Origin: Anaerolineae bacterium
GTDB taxonomy: Bacteria; Chloroflexota; Anaerolineae; B4-G1; SLSP01
Assembly (NCBI GenBank): GCA_035415725.1
Contig: DAOOGN010000001.1
Location: 77,382 to 141,381, forward strand
Direction: 5' to 3'
Length of the DNA stretch: 64,000 bases
The notes under the pieces were generated by a model, which did not search any database, was not told the DNA's origin, and was given only the letters and a program-made list of their open reading frames with translations. The position numbers were made by a program, and so were the translations under genes. Shown here piece after piece: positions 1 through 10,107 of the stretch (position 1 is its first letter; every line of letters starts with the position of its first letter).

Positions 1-1689
1 ACGTCGCCAACACGGTCGGTGAGTGGAGTGTATGTGAATCACCTGAACATCCCTGTCATCGGCGCCTATTACCCTGTGGACGATGTGGGCATTGGCGTTT
101 TGGTGGAACAAGCGCAGTCCGAAACCCTGGAATCGACGGACCGCATTGCAGCTACCTTGATTGCGCTTGCCCTGGCCGTTGCGCTGGTGACGACGATTAT
201 TGCGGCGATGGTAATCCGTCAGATTACCCGTCCCGTCATCCGTTTGACAGAGTCCGCCGTAGCGATGGCGGAAGGTGACCTGGCGCAGCATCTCGAAGTG
301 ACATCGCGCGATGAAATTGGTATTCTGACGTATGTTTTCAATGAGATGGCCGCCGAGCTGAAATCGCTCTATGCGGATCTGGAGGCCAAGGTTGTCGAGC
401 GGACGCAACGGTTGCAGGAGGCGAACTATCAGATCCAGCGCCGCGCTTTGCACCTACAGGCCAGTCAGGAAGTCGGTCAGGCCATTACTTCTGTACGCGA
501 CCCGACTTTATTGCTTAATCAGGTTGCGGATTTGATCCGGGATTGTTTTGTGTATGCTTCGGTGGCGATTTATATGGTGGAACCGGGTGGCGGAGAAATA
601 CGTTTGCGCGCTCATAGTCCGGCTACTCACAGTGAGACCGTGGTGGATATTGTCGATCAGGGTGCGTGGCCCGAGCGTGTGTATGCCGGCGACGGATCGA
701 TTATAGAGCGGGCGGCGCGCAAGTGCGTCACGCAAGTCGATCATCAGTCGACGGACGAGGCCATGGAGTGGTATCGACGTACCCTAAGTCGGGTGGCGCT
801 TCCCCTGCGGATGGAGGAGCGCGTGTTAGGAGTGCTGGCCGTGTTGAGCACCGAACACGAAGGCATCCAAGAGGACGAACTGGAAATCCTGGAATTGCTC
901 GCCGGGCAGGTAACGATTGCTCTAGAGAACGCCAGAGCCTATGAGCGGGAGCGTCTGGCGGCGCAACGTCTGGAAGAGGCGGAGGCCTTCAAAGGACGCT
1001 TCCTGGCGAATATGTCTCACGAATTGCGCGAACCTCTGAATACTGTCATCGGTTTTTCGCGTTTGATGATCAAAGGCATTGATGGACCGCTGACTCCCCA
1101 GCAAGCTCAAGACATCCAGCGCATATACGATGACGGGCAACGCCTCTTGTTCTTGATCAACGATATCCTGGCGATTTCACAAATTCAGGCCGGCATGTTG
1201 GAGCTAAAACTCCAGCCGGTTCAGCTAAAAGATCTGGTCGATGCCATTATGCCCACAGCCAGCGCGTTAGTGCGGGGTAAAGACATCGAACTCACCCACG
1301 AAATTCCCGCGGATCTGCCTACCCTGCACGCCGATCCGGCGCGCCTGCGACAGGTTTTGGTTCATCTTTTCAACAACGCGGCAAAATTCACCGCGCATGG
1401 GCGGATCGCGCTCAAAGCGTGGTGCAACGAAGACCAGGTTTATGTGAGTGTCAGTGACACCGGTGTGGGTATCCCCCCGGAGGATCTCGAACGGCTGTTT
1501 GTCCGCTTCGAGAAGGGGGCCGATAAAGAGGGACGTTGGCAGGCCGGTATTGGCCTGGGATTGGCGTTGAGCAAGGAATTCGTCGAAATGCATGGGGGGC
1601 ATATCTGGGTCAACAGTGAGGTTAACAAAGGCAGCACCTTCACTTTCTCTTTGCCCTGCTATGTGGGAGATGATGAGGGGAGGAAATGA
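1..1689 (+). CDS. Sensor histidine kinase, 5'-truncated by the window edge (end of a Cache-like domain, TM, HAMP, GAF, HisKA, HATPase_c)
   Basis: Frame 1 is open from nt 1, so the gene starts upstream of the window. The TM segment is [24 protein letters not shown]. The HAMP region is [36 protein letters not shown], followed by a GAF segment. The H-box is [23 protein letters not shown]. The G-boxes are [15 protein letters not shown] and [37 protein letters not shown]. Confidence 0.9.
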   Translation, partial: [562 protein letters not shown]

Positions 1690-3578
1690 TGAACCGGGAT
1701 GACATTTCTACCCAGGAAACCTCTGACATCCTGACGCAGATGGTACCCTGGCGGCAAGCGTTATTTGAACGCGTCTTGCGCGTGTTGGCTATCATCGCTT
1801 TGCCTATGTTGTTGGTCGGTGGGTACTATGTCTTTGCCAGCGGAGAAATGGTGTATCTGGCTCTGGTGGGACTCATTTACACGGCTATCGTGGTGGGAGC
1901 CTACGTGCCGCGCATTCCTTATGTCTGGCGTGTATGGGCGTTGCTGGGCGCGCTCGTGGTATTGGGCGTCAGTGATCTATGGTCTTACGGTTGGGGTGAG
2001 GATGGCCGAATTTATCTGCTGACCGCCACGTTGATTGCAACTCTTTTCCTGGGGGGACGTCATGGCACCCTGATGTTGATTGTGTCCTATGTGCTTCTGG
2101 CATTGTATGGGGTGCTGGTCAGCTTAGGTGTGATCGCATCACCGCCACCGGGAACCGTTTATACGCCGCTGACATTAGCCAGTGGGTTGGTTGTCTTTAT
2201 GACGTGTACGACGGCGTTATTTATTTCTTTCAACAATCTGCTGCCGCGTATTTTCGTCAGTTTGCAGCAGAGCACCCAGCTCTCCGCCGATTTGGAATCC
2301 CGGCAGCAGGACCTGGCCGAGCGGATGCGCCTTTTGCAGGATTCGAACCTGAGTTTGCAGCGGCGCGCGCTGTATTTGGATGCAACGGCGCAGGTGTTGC
2401 AGGACCTCATGACAATTTTCGATGTCGAAGCATTGCTGGAGCGGGCTGTGCAGTCGATCAGCCATCATTTCGACGTGGCCTATGCGGCCATCTTTTTGCC
2501 GGACGAAACTGGTACGTGGCTCGTCTTGCGCGCAGCTTCTTCGAGCGCCGGGCGTAAGCTGGTGGACCAGGGGTATCGTCTTGACCGCAGTGACCAGAGC
2601 GTGATCGTTCGGGTAGCAGAAACACAGCGACCGCACATTGTTTTGACGACCAGCTCGGCAGCGATGGATGCAGCGCATTTTACCACCAATCCCGACTCAT
2701 CAACGGTGCGTTCGGCGGTAGTCCTGCCGTTGGTTTTGTCCGGCGAATTATTAGGCGTATTGGACATGCAATCGACCGAGAGCGAGTTCGACCAGGACGA
2801 TGTGCGCACCTTACAAGGCCTGGCCTGGCAGTTGGCGTTGGCGCTTGACAATGCGCGACGCCTGAATGCGGAAGTCTCTATCTTGGGAACCGCCAACCCC
2901 TTCTACCGTTTGGCCGGGCGCCTGGGGACGGCGCAAACTGAAACAGATGTCTATGCCGCGGTCCTGGAAATCGCTCAGGGCTTTAACCCCGGCCAGACCT
3001 ACGTCGTGCGCGCGGCTCACGAAACGGCCTCCTCGTATGTCGTGGCCGATTGGCGTGGCGAGCGGGTCAACATCCAGCACGTCAGTGGGGATGCCGGAAA
3101 CTTCGGCGCGGCGTTGGAGATTGGCGCGGCTTTGCCGTCTCCATTACTGATTGCCGATGTAACGGCTGCGCCGGCTCTTCCCCTCCCCGGTTTCCATGAT
3201 TTTTGCGCCGGCCTGTTGGAGAATGCCGAGAATCGTGGCCTTGCCCTGGTCCCGCTGCGGACGGAAGATGGATTTTTCGCCCTATTGATGGTTTCCTATA
3301 ACGTCGTCCATCATTTTACACCCCTGGAGACACAGCTTTATCGTCTGATGGGGGAATTGGCGGGTGTGACTCTGGAAAGAATCGCCGTCATTCATGAGAC
3401 TCAGGTACAGTTAGAGCGGGAGCGTTGGTTGCGTGAATTCGGCGAGCGCGTGGTCCGCATCCCCGATCTGGAAATGATGATGGCGCAGGCGGCGCAATCC
3501 CTTCGGGATGTCGTTCAGGCGGATGGCGTGGTCGCCTCCATTGCTTTGCCGGAGTCTCCCTCAAGAGAGGAATCCTAA
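1686..3578 (+). CDS. Membrane GAF-domain sensory protein (multi-TM N-terminus, coiled coil, GAF, degenerate GAF, conserved C-terminal tail); no output domain
   Basis: ATGA stop/start overlap with the upstream gene. The N-terminus has hydrophobic helices. The GAF reads [27 protein letters not shown]...[19 protein letters not shown]. The C-terminal part carries the tail module. Confidence 0.85.
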   Translation: [630 protein letters not shown]

Positions 3579-3609
3579 AAATCTATCACAGTGATGGGTG
3601 GGTTGAGCG

Positions 3610-5337
3610 ATGAGTGAACAACGAGAGAGCGTTTTGCAGGCAGGCGCATCCTCTGAAGAAGTCCGACGTTGGCAACAAATACGGCTGCGGCGGGTGCTGA
3701 GGATTGTGTTCCTGGTGGTGATCCCGGCCTTGATATTCTTCTCCGCTTATGGGTGGAGAAACGATCAGGTTTGGCTCATTGCGTTCTGTGGGGTGAGTTT
3801 TGTGCTGGCCGGCATAATGCAGTTTTGGAAAAAGGCTCCCTACGTTTTGCAGGCCGCCACACTTGTGCTCATGCTCTATTTGTTGGCGGTACTCTCTGTG
3901 TATCTGGGAGGACTGAACGGCAGTGGACAGGTCTTTTTGCTGGCGGCTATCTTCGTAGCGGCGATATTTTTAGGAAGACGGACTGCGGCTGTGAGTGTGG
4001 GTGTGGCCGTCATCACCATGGGCGTTGCCGGCTGGCTTTTTTCGACGGGACGGCTGGCGGTGCCGGGAGAAATGCCCTTGACGACGACCAACCCCCTTGC
4101 CTGGGCCACGTACACTTTGCTCCTGTTGCTGGTCGGCGTCTTGTTTGTCTTGGTGCCGACCTCCATGCTGAGGCATTGGACAGAGACGCTGAACCAGAGC
4201 CGTGACAGGGGGCGCGAGCTTGCACTGGACCGCGAGCAAGCGCAGCTAGAGGCGCAACGCCAACGCGATCACGTGGAGCAGTGGAAGTGGGCGGCGACGT
4301 TGGGATATGGGCTGACCTCGATGCGCCAGCGGGAGGACCTGGTGTGGCGGGTGGTGCGAGAAATTGCCCAAACTTTCGACGTGCACCAGGTGACGTTATA
4401 TCTCTTGGAACGCTCTGGCACTGTCCTGATCCCGGCAGCAACGGCCGGTGATCGGGGTGAAGCCTTGCCTCCCGACGGCGGAGACATTTTGATCACCATG
4501 CGAGTGACACCGGCGCGTGCGGCCCAAATCGGTCGGGAGCAGATGGCGCTTTTGCTCCCCGGCGAATTGCCAAGTTTCCCTGAAAGTCGTGTCGAAATCA
4601 GCCTGCCATTAAGCGTGCGCGGCGAAGTACTCGGCGTACTGGACATTCACAGTCTGCACTCGACCTTCTCTGAAGAGGAATTACAGATCTTCCGCCTTGT
4701 TGCCAACCAGGTGGCGGCCTCCCTGGACGTCCTGCGCTCACTTGAAGAGGCGCAGACCCGCTTGCAAGAGACCCAGATGTTGTACACGCATCATGCGTTG
4801 GCTTCTTGGAAAATGCTCCTTGAATCCAGAAATGTGCCATCCTTCACCGCCGGTAAGGTGCCGGAGGCGCAGGTGGCCGTTCTAGCGCAGGAGGCTTTGA
4901 CGGCGCTGCAACCGCGTTCAGCATGGTTGGACGACGCCGGCATGTATCTGTTGATCGTTCCCTTGGTGATCGGCGGCGGCGCCGTGGGGTATCTGGCTTT
5001 CACCCGCGCGGCTGAAAAAGGCGCTTGGGACGTGAATGACCGCGAACTCATGACCATGGCTGCCGAGCGTTTGGCCGTCGCCCTCGATAACACCCGCATG
5101 CTCATGGATGCACGGCAACAGCTTCTTTACAACGAGCGGCTGGGGCAGCTCGGCGACCTGATATGGCAAGCGCCGAACCCGGAAGCCATTATGGAACAGA
5201 GTGTGCGTGAACTGGGACGTTTCTTTGAAGCCAGCGAGGTCCAACTGTATTTGACGGCGGCGCAAGGCGCAGTGCGCCCTCGACGTGGAACACAGCCTTT
5301 AACGTCCCGCCCTGAACAGGGAGAAGCCAATGGATAA
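3610..5337 (+). CDS. Membrane GAF-domain sensory protein (multi-TM, GAF, degenerate GAF, tail)
   Basis: Five to six predicted TM helices. The GAF reads FDVHQVTLYLLERSGTVLIPAATAGD...ISLPLSVRGEVLGVLDIHS. The second GAF is degenerate, with LIVPLVIGGGAVGYLAF. Confidence 0.85.
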   Translation: MSEQRESVLQAGASSEEVRRWQQIRLRRVLRIVFLVVIPALIFFSAYGWRNDQVWLIAFCGVSFVLAGIMQFWKKAPYVLQAATLVLMLYLLAVLSVYLGGLNGSGQVFLLAAIFVAAIFLGRRTAAVSVGVAVITMGVAGWLFSTGRLAVPGEMPLTTTNPLAWATYTLLLLLVGVLFVLVPTSMLRHWTETLNQSRDRGRELALDREQAQLEAQRQRDHVEQWKWAATLGYGLTSMRQREDLVWRVVREIAQTFDVHQVTLYLLERSGTVLIPAATAGDRGEALPPDGGDILITMRVTPARAAQIGREQMALLLPGELPSFPESRVEISLPLSVRGEVLGVLDIHSLHSTFSEEELQIFRLVANQVAASLDVLRSLEEAQTRLQETQMLYTHHALASWKMLLESRNVPSFTAGKVPEAQVAVLAQEALTALQPRSAWLDDAGMYLLIVPLVIGGGAVGYLAFTRAAEKGAWDVNDRELMTMAAERLAVALDNTRMLMDARQQLLYNERLGQLGDLIWQAPNPEAIMEQSVRELGRFFEASEVQLYLTAAQGAVRPRRGTQPLTSRPEQGEANG

Positions 5338-5364
5338 AATGCGCAGCGTTATGCGTGTGGAGGG

Positions 5365-7938
5365 ATGTCGTCGATGAGCTTATCTCCTGGAAATCCAATG
5401 TTACAATTGCTGACCTGGGTAGCGGCCCTGGTGGAGGTGATTTTGTCCCTCTACATCCTGATCCTCGATGCGCGTCACACCACCAACCGTCATGTAAGCC
5501 TGCTATCTTTTCTCCTTTTCCTGAATAACGTGGCTATGGGGTCGCTGCTGGCGGCAGATAGCGCTGATCAGGCGCTTTTCCCGACGCAACTTTTTGCTGC
5601 CACAGTGCATGCGGTTGTTCCGGCGGCAACCGTTGCGGCGGTGGTGCTGTTACGACCGGCCTGGTTGCGGAATCGCTGGCGCTGGGTCTGGTGGCTGAAT
5701 TACCTGGCGCTAGCCTTGCCGATAGTTGCCACGGCGTCGGATGTTATTTTTGGAACGCGGATTTGGTACTTCGGCTTCACGGCAAGCACGTATGCCGGCG
5801 GTTATTTGCCTTTGCGCGACTATGTATCCCCGACATTGTATATGCCGGCCATTATTTTCTATGGCGCGGCGATAGGAGCGGCCCCTCTGATTCCGGTTTT
5901 CGGCGTACTGCGTGATAAACAATCCACTACCGAACAACGCCGGATGGCGCGCGTGATCATGGGCGGCACCCTTGTGATTTGGATCATCCAGGGCGGTTTG
6001 CACTCATTGCTCGATCCCGCCTTGTCGACTGTCCTGGTGACTCTTGTGCTTGCCGGCACTTACGTTTACGTTTTCTTCCGTCAGATGGTGGTTGAGCGGC
6101 GCGTGCAGCGCGGGCGACTGCAAAACCGTCTGACTGCTCTGCTCTTATCCATCATGCTGCCTGTTTTGATCATCGGGGTTTTGTTAGTCAGTACCCAGGC
6201 GCGGTTGCTGCTCAGGCGCAGTGAAACAAAGCGCCTCGGCACAGTAGCGAGTTTGATCGTGGGCGCCGTCGATATCAAGGCCAACGTTTCGATACAAGAC
6301 ATGCAGCAATTGATTCGTCTGGCCGTGGCCGAGATCGGCGACACCGGCGTGGTTTACGTGATCGACAGCAACGACCGGATGGTTTTTCATTCGGAGTTGG
6401 ATTTAAACCTGGTGAGTGCCGATGATCCCTTGCTCGACGTCAGCCATTTGCCGCCGGTGCTCGCCTTGCGTCAAGGGCGGGCGGACGAATTGATAATCTT
6501 CACGGATGACGCCGGCACACGTTGGTGGGCCTATGCTACGGCACTGGGTCTTCTGGAGCGGAGCGTGATTGTGCAGCAACAGGAAGCCGCCATCACCCAG
6601 GATATGCACAGTGTCCTGACATTCTCGTGGGTGGTGGTGGGGATAGGCAGTGCTGTGCTGCTCGTTTTGGGATTCTTGACGATCCGCTATTCCCTCTTGC
6701 CGATGGCGTCGTTGACCGCAACGGCGCAGGCTGTTGCGGGCGGCGATTTAACCCGCGTTGCCGCCATCGAGAGTGAAGATGAAATCGGCGCGTTGGCACA
6801 GGCTTTCAACCGTGTGACTGCCCAGCTCAATGATTTAATCGGCAGTCTCGAAGCGCGTGTTGCCGAGCGCACGCAGGAAGTCGAACGGCGCGCAGAATAC
6901 CTTGCCATTACCGCCAATGTAAGCCAGGTGGTGGCTTCTATTTTGGATGTCGACACACTGCTGAAGCGTGTGGTGCACCTCATTGCAGAACGATTCGGTT
7001 TTTACCATACCGGCATCTTCTTGCTCGATGACACCCGTGAATGGGCCGTCTTGCGCGCCGTCTCCTCAGAAGGTGGCGAGCGTATGTTGGCGCGTGGACA
7101 TCGGCTGCGGGTGGGAGAACAAGGCATCGTTGGCTATGTCGCCGGTTCGGCGCGGGCACGCATTGCCCTCGACGTTGATGAGGATGCCGTGTGGGTGCAA
7201 AACCCCGACTTGCCGGCCACGCGGTCGGAAATGGCTTTACCCTTGAGTGTGGGGCAAGAGGTGATCGGTGTGTTGGACGTACAGAGCCAGGAGCCCGAGG
7301 CTTTTGGCGCCGAGGACATCACCACCCTGCGCATTTTGGCCGACCAGGTCGCGGTGGCGATCCGCAACGCCGAGTTGTTCGAAGAGAGCCAACGGACGTT
7401 GCAGGAGTTGCAGAAATCATACGGCGAGGAAGTGCGCGAGGGATGGGCGCAGCGCCCTTCGCCGGTCGTCGGATACCGCTATACGCCGTCGGCCGTCGCG
7501 CCGCTGACCTCGAATGCCGCCTTACCGCTTCTGGAGACGCCCGCGCCTTACGTAGCGGTCGATAACACCTTAATCGTTCCCCTGCAAGTGACCGGCGGAC
7601 AGGCCTTTGGCACGTTGCGCATGCGCCGCGATGTGGCGCAACCGTGGGTCAGCCAGGACATTGCCTTCGTGGAACGCGCCACGCAGGAAATTGCCCAGGC
7701 GTTGGAAGTGGCGCGTCTGCTCGAAGAGAGTCGTCGCCATGCGGCTCGTGAAACGCAGGTCAACGAGATTGCCAGTCGTTTCTCGCGTGCTCTGGACGTT
7801 GACGTGGTGTTGCAGACGGCGGTGCGCGAGCTGGGGCGCTTAGCGGGCGTTGCCGAAGTTGCCGTGCAGCTTGATTTCCCCGAATCGATTTCGGATTTAG
7901 GCGCGGGTGCGGCGACGCGAACCCATCGTCAGGCATAA
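5365..7938 (+). CDS. 7TM-Cache-HAMP-GAF-GAF sensory protein, no output domain; paralog of the gene at 18654
   Basis: Seven N-terminal TM helices with the motif [17 protein letters not shown]. An extracytoplasmic segment lies between two further TM helices. The HAMP region is [37 protein letters not shown]1 reads [60 protein letters not shown]...[15 protein letters not shown]. A helical linker leads to a degenerate GAF2 and the tail. Confidence 0.88.
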   Translation: [857 protein letters not shown]

Positions 7939-7953
7939 GGGGGAGACATCATC

Positions 7954-10035
7954 ATGGATCGTGAGGTAGGACAAAGACTCGCCGACGTAGTTGCGACGTC
8001 GCATAAAAAACGACCGGCTCTGGGGATTGTGACCCATCAGATTTCTGGCGCAACGGCCTGGTGGCTCGGCGCGGCCGAAGTGGCGCGGCAGCAGGATGTG
8101 GACCTGTTTATCTTGAATGCCGGTAATGTAGGAGCGGAAGGCAACATCGACGATAACATTCCTTATGCAGTGCATCATCTGATCGATCCAGAACGTCTCG
8201 ATGCGTTGATTTTAGTGCAGTGGTGGCCTGCACGCCAGGTCTTTGAAGCGTTCTACAACCGCTATTACCGCCCGTTGCCGGTGGTGAATCTGCACCGGCA
8301 TTATGAAGGCTATCCCGGCGTTTCTGTGGATAACTCCAAGGGCATGATGAGCTTGCTGCGTCATCTCATCGAGGTCCACGGATATCGTCGTTTGGCCTAC
8401 ATCGCAGGTCCACCCGGCAACCCTTCGGCGGAGACGCGTTATGCGGCTTATGTGGCGGCCCTGGCGGAATATGACATTCCTTTAGACGAAAACCTCATCG
8501 TTCCCGGTGATTTTTCCGCGCCGTCCGGGGCTAACGCCGTGCGTATGCTCCTGGACGAACGGGGTTTACGCCCGGCACTCGATTTTGAGGTCATCGTGGC
8601 CGCGAACGACTATATGGCTTTGACCGCCTTGGAGGAACTCCAACAGCGCGGCATCCGCGTCCCCCTGGACGTGGCGTTGGTCGGGTTCGATGACGTGGCC
8701 GATAGCGCCTATGCCATGCCGGCTTTGACCACGGTGCGTATGCCCAATTACGAAATGGGGCAAACGGCGGCTGAAATTGCCTTGGCGATGATAAAGGGAG
8801 AACCATTCGAGCCATATACGCTGCTGCCGGGTGAAGTGGTCGTGCGTCAGTCGTGCGGCTGTTTCACCTCGCCGCTGGCCGACTCCAGCGAGTCGATCCA
8901 GATGCCGGTGGTCACTGGCGCGCCGCCCGCCGGTGGACCCCCAGACCTTGCCGGCGGCCCGCCTGGCGGTCCAACACCGGAACAACTCCAATATGCTATA
9001 GCTGAATTGTCGCAGAGCATAGGGCCGGCTGGAGCGGTCCTCCAGGCCAACTGGGCTGAGGAGATCCTCACGGCCTTCAGTGCGGCGCTGGCCGTCCCGC
9101 CGGATGGTACATCGGCCGCTTCCCGACGCTTGTTGGGCGTCCTTTATGACATTCTGCGACGATTATACCTCCACGGTTACGATATGCTGGGGGTGGGGCG
9201 GACGATGCTTTTTGTACTGCGGCGCTGCATGCAGCCCACCTTGGCCGACTTTCAACAGATGCGGCGCGCCGAGAATGTTTGGCAGCATGCCATGGCTTTT
9301 ATGACAGACGTGGCGCATCAGATGCAGTCGGTGCAACAACACGCTGCGGAGACTTACCTTGGGCAGTTGCACGCCATTGGCGAAAAGTTGATCACGACCT
9401 TCGATATGACACACTTGCTCGATTTGATCGCCCGCGAGCTGCCGCGGCTGGATATCCCCGGCTGCTACATCGCTTTGTACGAAGGGCCGCGACCTTCCCA
9501 TGAAGAGGTCCGGCTGGTGATGGCCTATAACGCCCAGGGACGTAACCCCCAGGGTGTCGAAGGGCGGCGTTACCGGGCGGGCAAGCTGTTGCCGGATGAA
9601 CTGTTGTTGCCTGAGCGGCCAGCGATGTGGGTGGTGACACCTCTGTACTTTCAGGAAGTGGCGCTGGGTTTTGCGTTGTTTGAAGCGGAGAAGATGCCGG
9701 GCGAAGTGTATGAAACGTTGGGCCATCAGATCAGTAGTGCGTTGATGGGCTCGTTGTTGGTGCAGCAGCAGGAAGAAGCGCAGCGAGAAGCGGAGGCCGC
9801 GCGCCGGCGGGCGCAGGCGACGTTGAGCGAGGTGTTGACCACCCGTTCCATAACTGACCAGGTGCGCCAGGCAGCAGACACCGAAGCTGTCCTGCGGGTG
9901 GCGTTGGAGTCGTTGAGCCAGGTGCTGGGTGCGACGATGGCGGTGGCCCGTCTGGGAACGCGCGAGCAGCTTCTGGAAGCCGCGGCCGGCGTCGAAACGC
10001 CGGAGTCTGTTACCGACAAAATTCTGGCACCATGA
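7954..10035 (+). CDS. Cytoplasmic LacI-type ligand-binding (PBP1) domain sensory protein lacking an HTH, with a Pro/Gly-rich linker, helical middle region, GAF-like domain and tail
   Basis: The PBP1 signature is [16 protein letters not shown]...[10 protein letters not shown]...[25 protein letters not shown]...[37 protein letters not shown]...[12 protein letters not shown]...VVRQSCGC. There is no N-terminal DNA-binding helix-turn-helix. The low-complexity linker is [21 protein letters not shown]. Confidence 0.82.
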   Translation: [693 protein letters not shown]

Positions 10036-10107
10036 ACAAAAAAGTCCGGACTGTCGCCGTTCATCGGTCACCAGTGGTATGCAGAGACACGCAGGGTAGG
10101 AGAATTC

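Noticed and set aside
7954-10035. Calling the PBP1 proteins LacI-family transcriptional repressors
   Set aside because: The N-termini go straight into the ligand-binding fold with no approximately 50-aa HTH DNA-binding headpiece, and the C-termini carry GAF and tail modules. The alternative upstream start for 21499 does not add an HTH either.
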